Shown: in pieces, positions 25,034-37,345 of the stretch
Layout: the number at the start of each line of letters is the position of its first letter
Numbering within the stretch: position 1 is the first letter of the stretch
The notes under the pieces: model-generated
The model's input: only the letters and a program-made list of their open reading frames with translations
What the model was told of the DNA's origin: nothing
Database searches by the model: none
NCBI GenBank assembly: GCA_043228905.1
Contig: JBHGNT010000014.1
Location: forward strand, 17,670,001 to 17,734,000
Source: Azolla caroliniana
Lineage: Eukaryota; Plantae; Polypodiophyta
DNA: 64,000 nucleotides
Reading direction: 5' to 3'
Position numbers and translations under genes: made by a program

Positions 25034-28000
25034 ATGCAGGTCTTCGTGAAATCCTACACTGGGAAAACCCTGCCCTTCTTCTTCCCCGATGGCCCTTCCA
25101 CAAGCATCCAAACCCTAAAGACAGCGATCGAAGACAGAGAAGGCATCCCTCTCTCTACCCAAAGGCTGTTCGCAGGAACGAAGTGTCTCCACAACCCGTC
25201 TTTCACATTCGCCGACTATGGGTTTGGCCGATCGGATGCGTGGAAAGATGGGTCCGACCAATCGGATGCGGGGAGGAGCAGCGATGGGATTGCCCAATCA
25301 GGGGCGAGGGAAATTGGGGACGACCAATCAGACGAGATGAACAGTCGGCTCGATGGAGCGGGATCAAGGAACTGTGGGTTCGGCGAATCAGGTTTGAGCA
25401 TCTCCCTTCTTTTGCCCATTTGTGGCGGTATGCAAGCACCGGTGACCTCACGCCCAAAGCTCGAGTTCTTGAACAGCAAACCACCACCAAATTATGTGGC
25501 TGGGTTAGGTAGAGGCGCGACAGGTTTCACAACTAGGTCGGACATAGGCCCTGCCCGTGCGGCCCCTGATTTGCCAGACAGGTCCGTAACCACCATTGGC
25601 GGTGGTGGCGCCGCCGGCCCATCTGCTGCTCCCTCTGGTCCCGCTGCTCGCGGTGGCCGTAAAGACGGTGGCGATGAAGAAGAAGAAGAAGAGGCCGAAG
25701 ATAAGGGATATGATGAGAATCAGAAGTTCGATGAATTCGAAGGCAACGATGTTGGTCTCTTTGCCACTGCTGAGTATGATGAAGATGATAAGGAGGCAGA
25801 TGAGATTTGGGAAGGGATTGATCGCCGAATGGATTCGAGAAGGAAGGACCGAAGAGAAGAGAGGTTGAAGAAAGAGATCGAGAAATATCGGGCGTCGAAC
25901 CCGAAGATCACGGAGCAATTCGCAAACCTTAAGAGGAAGTTGTCAACGATGACGGCAGCGGAGTGGGATAGTATACCAGAAATAGGTGACTATTCTCTCC
26001 GGAATAAGAAAAAGCGGTTCGAGAGCTTTGTTCCTGTGCCCGACACTTTGCTTGAGAAAGCGAAACAAGAGAAAGAACATGTAACTGCATTGGACCCAAA
26101 GAGTCGGTTAGCTGGTGGTACTGAGACACCTTGGTCACAAACCCCTGTAACCGATCTGACGGCTGTAGGAGAAGGGAGAGGAACTGTGTTATCACTAAAG
26201 CTAGATAAGCTCTCTGATTCAGTTAGCGGCCTAACTGTGGTCGATCCAAAGGGTTATCTCACAGATTTGAAGAGTATGAAGATCACTAGTGATGCAGAAA
26301 TATCAGATATAAAAAAGGCGAGACTTTTGCTTAAATCAGTTATTCAAACTAACCCAAAACATGCTCCGGGATGGATTGCTGCAGCTAGATTAGAAGAAGT
26401 GGCCGGTAAGCTTCAAGCAGCGAGGAATTTCATAGAGAAGGGTTGTGAAGAATGCCCGAAAAATGAAGATGTGTGGCTGGAAGCATGCCGTTTAGCTTCT
26501 CCAGATCAAGCTAAAGCTGTATTAGCGAGGGGTGTGAAAGCTCTCCCTCATTCAGTAAAGCTTTGGATGCAAGCAGCAAAGCTGGAGCAAGATGATGTGA
26601 ATAAGAGTAGAGTGCTTAGAAAGGCACTTGAGCATATACCTGATTCGGTTAGGTTGTGGAAAGCTGTGGTGGAACTTGCGAATGAAGAAGATGCAAGGAT
26701 ATTGCTATCTAGGGCTGTCGAGTGTTGTCCTTTGCATGTTGAGCTGTGGCTCGCTCTTGCTCGTCTTGAGACTTATGAACAAGCCAAGAGAGTATTGAAC
26801 AAAGCCCGAGAAACTCTTCCCACCGAAGCCGCTATCTGGATCACAGCTGCAAAGCTTGAAGAGGCTAATGGAAACATTGATATGGTTTCAAAGGTCATTG
26901 AAAGAGCTATTCGTTCTTTGCAAAGGGAGAATCTTGTGATAGATCGTGATCATTGGATGAAAGAGGCGGAGGCAGCAGAAAGAGCAGGGTCGGTGGCTAC
27001 ATGCCAAGCTATTATCAAGACGACTATTGGAATTGGAGTTGAAGAGGAAGATAGGAAGAGGACATGGGTTGCCGATGCTGATGAATGCAAAAAGAGGGGC
27101 TCGATTGAGACAGCTAGGGCTATCTATGCACATGCTCTGTCCGTATTCAAGGGCAAGAAGAGTGTGTGGTTGAAGGCAGCTCAGCTCGAGAAGAGCCATG
27201 GAACTAGAGAGTCTTTGGATGCATTGTTGAGAAGAGCTGTTACTTACTGCCCACAAGCAGAAGTTCTTTGGTTGATGGGAGCTAAAGAGAAATGGCTTGC
27301 TGGAGATGTTCCCTCAGCAAGAGCTATTCTGCAAGAAGCTTTTGCTGCTATTCCAGACTCGGAAGAGATTTGGCTTGCAGCATTTAAGCTCGAATTCGAG
27401 AATCAAGAGCCGATGAGAGCAAGGGCTTTATTGGGCAAAGCTAGAGCAGGGGGTGGAACTGAGCGTGTATGGATGAAGTCGGCTATTGTCGAGCGGGAGT
27501 TAGGGAATGTAGAACAAGAAAAGCAACTCTTGGAGGAAGGGTTGGAAAAGTTTCCAAAGTTTTTCAAGCTATGGTTAATGCTTGGGCAACTTGAAGATCG
27601 TCAAGGGCACCCAGAAGTTGCCCGTGATGTGTATGATAGGGGACTGAAGAATTGTCCAGATAGCATTCCTCTATGGCTTTGTGCTGCTCATCTAGAGGAG
27701 AAGCTTGGAGGCTTAACAAAGGCTAGAGCAATTTTAACAAAAGCGAGGTTGAAAAACCCGCACAATCCCGATCTTTGGTTGGCGGCAATCCGTGCTGAGG
27801 CAAAAGGCGGGAACAAAAAAGAAGCAGAGCTCCTCATGGCGAAAGCATTGCAAGAATGCCCTACCAGTGGGAAGCTATGGGCGGCAGCAATCGAGATGGC
27901 ACCCAGGCCTCAAAGGAAGACAAAGAGTGTGGATGCTTTGAAGAAATGTGATCATGACCCGTATGTAATTGCATCAGTCGCAAAACTATTTTGGCATGAT

Positions 28001-28285
28001 AGGAAAGTGGATAAGGCGAGGACGTGGTTAGAGAGGGCAGTTACTCTGGCACCCGATATTGGTGACTTTTGGGCACTTTGGTATAAGTTTGAGTTGCAAC
28101 ACGGATCGGACGATCAACAACATGATGTGTTGAAGAGGTGTATTGCAGCTGAGCCGAGACATGGGGAGCGTTGGGTGTCCATCTGTAAAGCTGTAGAGAA
28201 TGCTCATCTTCCAGTAGAATCGATATTGAAGAAGGTTGTGGTGGCTCTAGGGAAGGAAGAGAATGCAAGTCTCAGTCATGCTTGA
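25034..28285 (+). CDS. STA1: U5 snRNP pre-mRNA splicing factor Prp6 (STABILIZED1), 1083 aa, intronless CDS, N-terminal ubiquitin-like domain
   Basis: PRP1_N signature [70 protein letters not shown]...[11 protein letters not shown], followed by HAT/TPR repeats ending AEPRHGERW. Confidence 0.98.
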   Translation: MQVFVKSYTGKTLPFFFPDGPSTSIQTLKTAIEDREGIPLSTQRLFAGTKCLHNPSFTFADYGFGRSDAWKDGSDQSDAGRSSDGIAQSGAREIGDDQSDEMNSRLDGAGSRNCGFGESGLSISLLLPICGGMQAPVTSRPKLEFLNSKPPPNYVAGLGRGATGFTTRSDIGPARAAPDLPDRSVTTIGGGGAAGPSAAPSGPAARGGRKDGGDEEEEEEAEDKGYDENQKFDEFEGNDVGLFATAEYDEDDKEADEIWEGIDRRMDSRRKDRREERLKKEIEKYRASNPKITEQFANLKRKLSTMTAAEWDSIPEIGDYSLRNKKKRFESFVPVPDTLLEKAKQEKEHVTALDPKSRLAGGTETPWSQTPVTDLTAVGEGRGTVLSLKLDKLSDSVSGLTVVDPKGYLTDLKSMKITSDAEISDIKKARLLLKSVIQTNPKHAPGWIAAARLEEVAGKLQAARNFIEKGCEECPKNEDVWLEACRLASPDQAKAVLARGVKALPHSVKLWMQAAKLEQDDVNKSRVLRKALEHIPDSVRLWKAVVELANEEDARILLSRAVECCPLHVELWLALARLETYEQAKRVLNKARETLPTEAAIWITAAKLEEANGNIDMVSKVIERAIRSLQRENLVIDRDHWMKEAEAAERAGSVATCQAIIKTTIGIGVEEEDRKRTWVADADECKKRGSIETARAIYAHALSVFKGKKSVWLKAAQLEKSHGTRESLDALLRRAVTYCPQAEVLWLMGAKEKWLAGDVPSARAILQEAFAAIPDSEEIWLAAFKLEFENQEPMRARALLGKARAGGGTERVWMKSAIVERELGNVEQEKQLLEEGLEKFPKFFKLWLMLGQLEDRQGHPEVARDVYDRGLKNCPDSIPLWLCAAHLEEKLGGLTKARAILTKARLKNPHNPDLWLAAIRAEAKGGNKKEAELLMAKALQECPTSGKLWAAAIEMAPRPQRKTKSVDALKKCDHDPYVIASVAKLFWHDRKVDKARTWLERAVTLAPDIGDFWALWYKFELQHGSDDQQHDVLKRCIAAEPRHGERWVSICKAVENAHLPVESILKKVVVALGKEENASLSHA

Positions 28286-29427
28286 AAAGAAATTCCTATT
28301 TATGTAATGATGTGACTGACTAGTGTGTATGTATAATTGCTCTCAAATTGACGACCCAATATCTCAAGCTGAAATCTGAAATCAGATCAACTTCAGGTAA
28401 AGGTTTATAGCCTCAGCTATTGGTTGGATTTATCGAACTTCTTGATCAATTTTAAGACATGCTGTTAAGAACATTTTCTGAACTATTATTGAGGATCTAA
28501 TATGAGGTGGTAATATATAATGCCTTATAACTGGGAACGGCTAAGAATATGATATGTTTTTATATTTTTTTCCAATCTAGGACGTGTAATATTGTTGGGT
28601 TTGAACCTTTTAAACATTATATCAAGGAGGATTGTTGTTTACAGATTGTCTTTCTCATGATGTATGCATAGTCTTTTTATTTGCATTTATGTTTTTCGGA
28701 ACGACCCCATAGTCAGTTTGGCATTATCTTGAAATGAGTAAATTCTTATGGCCTTAACATCAAATTTGAAAAGCATTAAGACAAAATTTCAAATGTCGGC
28801 TTCGAGAATCAACGGATTACAGCTTGAGTTTTCACTGTAATATAACATCTGTAATTTTTATTTTATTGTAGCTTCATGCATTGGTTTGTGCTCTTTGTGG
28901 TGTAAAAGTTTTATGTAATCTATTGAATAATTTATGCACCCACACAGACGTATATGTATGTGTTCGATTCTGTCTTGTGGGAATTAAATGCCTATGTTTT
29001 GATGTGTTTATAAAGCCTGTTTGTTTAGTATAAAATGATACTGGTGCACCCTCACTATGTGGGTATAATTTGAACGCAAACTAAATGTGTTCTTTATGCA
29101 CATGATTCTAACCAATCACCATCTCTTCAATCAACACAATCAGTTCACGCTCTTTTAGGATTATATGCTCGCACAAATCGTAAAAGGTTATGATTGTGAA
29201 GGTTACCAAACATGTGCTTACTGATTATAAAGATCCCTTAGAATGTAGCCAAGGCAAAGTAATATTGAAGAGGTAGGCATGCCATGGTAGAAAACATGAA
29301 TCATGTTTTACAAAATATTTAAGTTGATATATCATTTGTTTCTTCACGAATCGATTTATATCGACATTGGTCTACTAAGTAAACTCTCTTAAGCTATATT
29401 TTGAACATGCATAGAATAGGTTGAATC

Positions 29428-29590
29428 TGTTATGGAAGCTTGTCTCTCTTGATTGGGGTGATGGCTGAAAAGCCGAAAATAGGCCAAGAGGCCGAATGAG
29501 AGTTGGTTGGTCAAAATTGGCCGAGAGGCTGAATGGGAGTTGGCTGGCCGAAATCGGTTGAGAGGCCGAATGAGAGTCGGCTGAATGACC

Positions 29591-29640
<50 letters not shown>

Positions 29641-29801
29641 GTTAGATTTGAAGTATGTATTATCTCAGTGTGAGAGAGTAGAACAATGAGAGAGTTGTGA
29701 GTAGCGTGAGCGCGTAAGAAGAACTAAGAGTGTGAGAGCTTAGACAACATGGGTTGTGTGAGAGACATTGTTGTGGCTGAGTGTGAGAGGAAGCAAGAAA
29801 G

Positions 29802-29893
<92 letters not shown>

Positions 29894-30256
29894 AGAGAAG
29901 TCCTAAGAGCTTCAAAAGAGGTAGATACAAACGAGTTAGGGTTTGGTGGACTTGGCTGAAACTGTGGTTTCAGACGACAACCCAGGAGTATATCCATACC
30001 TAAACATGTTCTATCAGTATATGCACAACTAATGTGTGAGTCTTGTTTGCCCTAGAGTATTGTGGTATTGCGATTTCCCTTAGCAAGCTAAGGAGCCTCC
30101 GTACCTTACTTTGTATTTCCTATCTCATAGTGCAAATCGTTTTGCTCTATGGTTTTTCCATGGATTCAGGGTTTCCACGTAAATCAATGTATCCTCATTT
30201 GTGTTTGTGTATCAGAAATAATCTTTTCTGGTTTATGTCTAATTGTAAACATATCA
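29428..30256 (+). repeat. 5' LTR of the copia element
   Basis: TG..CA ends, direct repeat of 34882-35562, contains (TA)n and (TG)n(AG)n. Confidence 0.95.
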
Positions 30257-30283
30257 AACTGGTATCAGAGCACTAGGTCCTAG

Positions 30284-33200
30284 ATGGAAGGAAGTGTGAG
30301 TGGATTTTCAAGGATGATAGTCCTAAACTCCCACAACTATGCTGACTGGAAGAGCAAGATGGAGGATCTTCTAATAGTTAGAGACTTGTATGAGTCGATG
30401 GATAGGAAGGATATACCAACAGGGGTAATAGAGTCTGAGTGGAAAACCCTAAACAGAAAATTGTGGCAACCATAAGACAATGTGTAGACATAAGCATCCT
30501 ACAACATGTAGTAAGCGATACAAATGCCTACGAGTTGTGGCATAAACTCTCTTCCCTGTATGAAAGGAAAAACACTCTAAACAAAACTTCCTTGATGAGG
30601 AAATTAGTGAGGCTAAAGTACAAAGATGGTGGTGATAGCATTGTGGTGCACATCACTACCTTCATGGGACTAGTAAACCAGCTAGCATCAACGAAGTTCC
30701 CATTAGATGATCCTATGCGGGCCTTGTTACTACTATGTACTGTGCCGGACAGTTGGGAGAACTTAGTAGTGTCATTTAGTGCCTCTTGTAAAGAAGAGGA
30801 CTTGCCTTTACAAGTAGTAAAGACAAGCATTCTGAACGATGAGACAAGAAGAAAGGATAAAAGTGCCTTGTCTCTATCGGAAACGAATGTGGCACAAAAC
30901 CTTGGTAGAGGAAGAAGTAAACATAGAAGTCCTAAAAATAGAGACAAGTCTTATGCCAAATCAAAGTCTAGAGGAAGACTCACGTGTTTCTATTGGGGGA
31001 AACTTGGTCATTTCCAAAAGAATTGTTGACACCTTAAGAAGGACAAAGGCATGGCTGATGATGTTGAACCCAGAAATTTTTTTGATGATAAAAACACTTC
31101 AGCCATTGCAACCAGTGAGGAAGAGTTGTTATTCATTGTGAATAAGATAATGTGAATCTTGCAAATGCAGAGTGCTCTTGGGTTTTGGGTAGTTGATTCT
31201 AGAGCATCATTTCACCTAACTCCCAAAAGAGAATGTTTCTCATCTTACACAACCGGTGACTATGACTATGTAAGGATGGGAAATGACGGTGAATGCAAGA
31301 TTGTGGGTATGGGAAATGTGTGCTTATTAACATCTATGTTGAAGGATGTACGCCATTTTCCGGATGTCAGATTGAATTTGATATTGGTTGGATGATGAAG
31401 ACTACAATGGTAGCTTTCATAATGGTGGATGGAAATTTAGTAAGGGAAGTCTGATTGTGGCTCGAGCACAAAAACAGAACACATTGCATGTAATGCATGC
31501 AAGGTTGTGTCGAGATGAAGAAAATATAGTGGTCGACTTAGATGGTGAGTTGTGGCATAAAAGGCTCAGTCACATGAGTGAAAGGGGAATGCATATCCTT
31601 GCTGAAAAGGATCTCATTCTAGAAGTGAAATGAATACATCTTGAAAAATGTTTGGACTGCTTGGCTGGAAAGCAGAACTGAGATGCCTTTCACTCTAGGC
31701 CTCTGATGAGAAGAGAATGTGCCCTAGAACTAGTCCACACAGATGTGTGATATGTGGATGCTCCATCGCATCTTGGTGGACAGTACTTCGTGACATTTAT
31801 CAATAACTTCAGTAGAAAGTTGTGGGCTTTCGTGCTGAAATCTAAAGACCAAATGTTGTTGGTCTTCAAAGAATTTCATGCGAGGGTAGAAAGAGAATCT
31901 GGACAAAAGTTGAAAGTTGTCCAAATAGACAAAGGTGGCGAGTATAGAGGTCAATTCGAAATATATTGCAAGACTCAAGGCATCAAACTTGAGTATACAA
32001 TGCCGAAGACACCTAAGTTGAATGGTCTAGCAGAGAGGATGAATCAGACCATAATGGAAAGGGTAAGAAGCATGTTGTCGCATGCAAAGTTGCCAAAATC
32101 GTATTGGGTTGAGGCAATGTTGACGACTATTTACCTTATATCCCATAGAGGGTGTGGATAGGAAGAAGTGTTTCTTACTAGCACTTAAGGGTGTTCGTAT
32201 GCTTAGCTTATATCCATGTTGCAAAAGATCAGAGGTCAAAGCTGGACAACAAGTGCAAGCCTTGCATATTCTTGGGGTACTCAGAAGATGAGTTCGGTTA
32301 TAGGCTGTGGGATCTTCTTGATAAGAAGGTGGTAAGGAGCCATGATATTGTATTAATGGAAGACAAGGCAATTGAAGACTAGAGACAACAAAAACCAGTG
32401 ACGTTGTCGTGATTTTTTCGTGCCACGATGAGAAAATAACCTCTATCAAATTATACGAACTGATTCAAATATTTGTAAATGCTTGATTAGCTAAGCGACA
32501 ACTAATAAGCTTGTAAAGTACATTCGTCATAGGATGATAATAGCTAGTTGAATCTACGATAAAACATAATATTGAGTAGAATATTTTAAAGCGAATACCT
32601 ATTACCAACACACTTGTTATTATCACTATTAGGTATTTTAGTTATAAAAGCTATTAAAGCTATAAAAACTATTAGAGCTATTATGGCTATTATAGCTAAA
32701 AAGCTATTAAAAGCTATTAAAGTTGTTATCCACAAATGTAGCTGCTACTTATGAATGGTTGACACTTGGCACTCATGCATACACTTTCCTCATGCATGGG
32801 CAACACTTGGCACTCATGTACCCACTTTTCTCATGCATGGGTGACACTTGCCACGCATGCACCCACCCTCCTCATGTATTAAAAGAGGGTGAATAAACTC
32901 ATCAAGGGGGGAATAACAATAGATGTCAAATACTATTGTAATTAGGTAGACAAGATAGACTATTGTAATCATCTTGATATATCAATATAAATTCTATTTT
33001 CGTTTCTCCTCTTTCTTTGACAAGAAGCCCCATGCTTACTTCCCAAATTCACGATTTTCTTTTCCGTTTGCTCTCGTACGACGAGATCGACATCACAACG
33101 TCTTCCCAATCGGCTACTGTTATGGAGTCGGCACTAGTCGATCCCTCTTCCACACAACTAGCCGGTGGATAATAGTCGGCTGATGAAACCGAATCTGAGC

Positions 33201-34860
33201 CAGTCGGAACACAACAACAAACTGATGCACATGAATCTGAGTCGAAAGATGAGCTGACAGAAGAAACTAAATATGAGCCGGTGGCTGAAGAAAGGAGATA
33301 CCCACTAAGGCAAAGGAAGGCCTCCTCCCAGTATCCAGCCAGTCAATATGTTCTCTTGACTGATGAAGGTGAGCTAGAATATTATGAAGAAGCCATGATA
33401 GATGTGCACAAGAAGAAGTGGTATAGTGCCATGCAAGATGAGAAGGATTCCTTGCATGAGAACCACACCTATGAGCTGATGGAGCTGCCTGAGGGAAAGA
33501 AGACACTTAGAAACAAATGGGTCTTCAAGTTAAAAATTGGAGAAGACGAAAGTACACCTAGGTATAAGGCCCGCATTGTGGTGAAGGGTTTTTAACAAAA
33601 AAAGGGTGTCGATTTTGATGAGATATTTGCTCTAGTAGTAAAGATGACATCCATCCGGACTGGCTTGAGCATGGTTGCCAATATGAATCTGGAGATTGAA
33701 CAGTTGTATGTAAAAACAACCTTTTTGCATGGTGAGTTGGAAGAGGAAATCTATATGCAGTAGCTTGAGGGTTTTGAGTGAAAGGAAAAGAAAATCTTGT
33801 ATGTAGATTGAGGAAGAGCTTGTATGGGTTGAAGCAAGCTCCTCGACAATGGTATAAGAAGTTTGAATCCTTCATGCTAGAACATGGATTCCACAAAACA
33901 CAAGCCGATCATTGTGTATTTGTGAAAAGGTATGATGAAGGTGATTTTCTTATTCTCTTGATGTATGTAGATGATATGTTGGTTGTTGGACAGAATGCTA
34001 AGAAGATTGTGAGCTTGAAGAAAGCTTTACGCAAATTCTTTGCCATGAAGGATTTAGGTTCGGAAAAATAGATTTTGGGAATGCATATAGTCCAGGACAG
34101 GACTACAAATATGTTATGGCTGTCACAAGAGAAATATCTGACAAAGGTTTTGCAAAGATTTAACATGTATAATGCAAAATCTGTTGGATCTCCATTGCCG
34201 GTGAACTGTAAGCTAAATTCAGGTCAATGTCCAAAAACTAAGAAAGATAAGGCTGAGATGAGAAGGGTGTTGTATGCCTCGGTTGTTGGGAGCCTAATGT
34301 ATGCTATGGTCTGCACGAGGCCATACATTGCATTTGTTGTTGAAACAATCAATCGCTACATGAGTTATCATGGAAAGGAGCATTCTTCGAGTGTATGCCT
34401 TAGGTATGGCTCTGGGAAACCTATGCTTGAAGGTTCACAGATTTTGATATGTCGGGTGATGTAGATTCCAATTGATCCACATTAGGGTATGTGATGACTT
34501 ATGTAGTGGGAGTTGTGTCATGGCAATCAAGATTGCAAAAGGCTATGGCTTTGTCGACCACAGAGGCTGAGTACATGGTTGCAGTTGAGGCTTGGGAAGG
34601 AATTGATTTGGATGAGGGATTTTCTAAGTGGATAAGCAAGAAAAATGCCTACTTCATTGTGATAATCAGAGTGCCATCCACCTCGCCAAGAATGTAGCCA
34701 GAGAACGAATCATTGGTTACGAGAGAGAGTGGATGAAAATGAGTTTGTTTTAGTGAAGATCCATACCGATGATAATGGATCAAACATGCTTACAAAAATT
34801 TTATCTACGGAAAAACTCATCGCTTGTCAACGAAAGACTGATCTGGTCAAATCCTCCCCA
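30284..34860 (+). pseudogene. Disrupted copia gag-pol
   Basis: Fragmented ORFs from 30284 to 34923 carry copia motifs; the zinc knuckle is mutated (CFYWGKLGHFQKNC); internal deletions in integrase and RNase H. Confidence 0.95.
32405..33097. mobile_element. Nested 693-bp solo-LTR-like insertion within copia pol
   Basis: Starts TGTCGTG, ends CATCACA, flanked by 4-bp direct repeat ACGT. Its removal rejoins the host frame (QQKPVT|SSQSATV...PVAEERRYP). Internal AGCTATTA repeats and three copies of a ~39-bp unit. Confidence 0.75.
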
Positions 34861-34881
34861 TACATGAGTGAAGGAGGAGTT

Positions 34882-35202
34882 TGTTATGGAAGCTTGTCCC
34901 TCTTGATGGGGGGAGACGGCTGAAAAGCCGAAAATCGGCTGAGAGGCCGAATGGGAGTCGGCTGGGAGAAATTGGTTGAGAGGTCGATTGAATGTCGACC
35001 GAATGATTGTATATATAGTGGTTAAGTTTTAAGTATGTATTATCTCAGTGCGTGAGAGTAGAATAGTGAGAGAGTTGTGAGTAACGTGAGCACGTTAGAA
35101 GAACAAAGAGAGAGTGCTACAGAAGAACTGAGAGAATGTGAGAGCTCAGACAACGTGGGTTGTGTGAGAGACACAGTGTTGTGGCTGAGCGTGAGAGGAA
35201 GC

Positions 35203-35286
<84 letters not shown>

Positions 35287-35562
35287 ATAGGAGTACATCC
35301 ATACCGAAATAAGTTCTATTAGCATATGCACAACTGTTGTGTGAGTCTTGTTTGCTCTAGAGTATTGTGGTATTTGTTTTGGTATTGGCTTTCCTTTAGC
35401 AAGCTAAGGAGCCTCTATACCTTGCTTTGTATTTCCTGTCTCATAGTGGAAATCGTTTTGCTCCGTGGTTTTTCCCTGGATTCAAGGTTTTCCACGTAAA
35501 TCTGTGTATGCTCATTTGTGTTTGTGTATCATAAATAATCTTTTCGGGTTGTAAACATATCA
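34882..35562 (+). repeat. 3' LTR of the copia element
   Basis: Follows PPT GAGTGAAGGAGGAG, ends CATATCA then TSD GAATC. Confidence 0.95.
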
Positions 35563-36687
35563 GAATCTTGTGACCCAAGAAAAGAGAGAACCATTAGGTT
35601 AGGTATGATAGATCTCATAGTGACGATAGAGAGGAATATTGGTTGGCCCAACAATTTAAGGATAGGATCTTTGGCCGAAACTCACAATGGAAATATAGGA
35701 ATATGGGCCTTTCGGCACTTTACCAACACAAATGGATGCTACCAATCACAGAACCACCAAATTTTTATCCAATTATTTATAGTTTCTTTTTTTGCATAGA
35801 TCTATGATTGTTGTCAAGTCTCTATACAAATGGACCTATGATTTTTCGGCACCCATTGCCATTGAAGTTATGATAATTTTGCGAGTTGAGATAAAAAATG
35901 TGTGTATGCTCAAGAGTCATCTAAGGGTAAAGGTACACATTGAACATGCAAGCACATTCATTATGCATTTTGCTCGCTTAACATCCAAACAATGTATGTC
36001 GTTTACACAATGTAGAACTCCATGTCACACATGTTTTGGTGTAACTTTACAAGACAAATTATCTATCCATGATAATGCGGATGTCTTTTACACGATGCAA
36101 AACTATTTTTATGCATGTCAAATACAACCCATTTGACAAATCATCCAAGTTAATCCATTTGACATGACTCTCTTGAATAATAGTCCAAAAAGTATCGGGT
36201 AATCACTCTCATGTATTTCGACGTTAAAGGTTAAAATGATTTTGACTAGTGTTCTATATTTTGTTATATCAAAAACATCAAAAACTACATTGTCAGTTGT
36301 CGTAGATGTGACAAATGTGACAAGGCTAGACAAACCAACATATGGAAAAAATAATTCTTCATTATTTTAATGTTTTTCTAGTTGGATCTTTGCACATTAT
36401 TTGAGAGAGGATCTTTGGACACCACTAGCCTTTAAGGACCCTTAGAGCTAAGGTTATAAAGGCAATTGACATACATATACTACCTTTAAGGAGTTAGATT
36501 GCAAACATGCCTTAGTGATCGGGTGTTAATTGTTAGAGGTTAACTAATGATTAAGCATAATGAAAGGAAAATAGATCAAAGAAAGGACAAAGGGATGTTA
36601 GACCACCAGACCATCATGTCCCATACCACAAAGTATTGATGAGGCAGAAACAATAAGGCCTAGTATGTTCACACACTTGACTACATC

Positions 36688-37345
36688 CTATAGAATTCTA
36701 ATTCAGTTCATACCCTCATTCCTTTAAGAATTAGCCCACACGGACTTATCATAAGATTAAGGAAAACTATAGAAAACCTATCTCATGATCCTTTATGGTT
36801 CTGCATGTAACATTAATGATCAAATTTTGCAACATGTATTGAGATTTGGCATAAAATATGCATCTTGCTTTGCATCTACGACACTATGGGTTTGGAAGGA
36901 GGAATTTGGTTCATATTCTTATTACATCAATGTGTAACAAGACATTGCTTGCAAAGTTGTTGCTATGTTTATTGAATGGTAGTTTGTTGCAAATTTGCAT
37001 CTCATGAAGGAATCAAGTGATAACACACTCAATAGTTATCTCACACTATAGAAAACTAATTCAGTTCATACCCACATTCCTCTTAGAATTAACCTACACG
37101 TACTTATCATAAGATTTAGGAAAACTACAGAAAACTTATTTCATGATCCATTATGGTTCTGCATGTAACATTAATGATCAAAGTTCGCAACATGTATTTG
37201 GATTTTGCACAGAAAATATGTATCTTGCTTTGCATCTACAACACTATGGGTTTGGAAGGAGGAATTTGGGTTCATATTCTTATGATATCAATGTGCAACA
37301 AGACATTGCTTGCAAATTTGTTGCTACGTTTATTGAATGGTAGTT
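36688..37345. repeat. Diverged direct duplication of about 300 bp
   Basis: About 36688-36984 and 37046-37345 align along their length (e.g. ACACTATGGGTTTGGAAGGAGGAATTTGG in both). Confidence 0.9.

Larger units (their letters stand above)
29428..35562 (+). mobile_element. Full-length degenerate Ty1/copia LTR retrotransposon (Tnt1/Tork-like by inference)
   Basis: LTRs 29428-30256 and 34882-35562 (TGTTATGG...CATATCA), 5-bp TSD GAATC on both sides, PBS TGGTATCAGAGC (30260-30271), PPT before 34882. Domain order gag, zinc knuckle, protease (VVDSRASFH), integrase, RT (SLYGLKQAPRQW, YVDDML), RNase H, with many stops and frameshifts. Confidence 0.97.

Noticed and set aside
25221-25391. Ubl insertion as an unannotated intron
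   Set aside because: GC-rich, no polypyrimidine tract, open frame throughout, and the obvious GT/AG pair shifts the frame.
25115-28268. Antisense and alternative-frame ORFs over STA1, the RING gene and copia pol
   Set aside because: Shadow ORFs of real coding sequence with no independent motifs.
36688-37345. Pair of TRIM LTRs
   Set aside because: No TG..CA termini, PBS, PPT or TSD.
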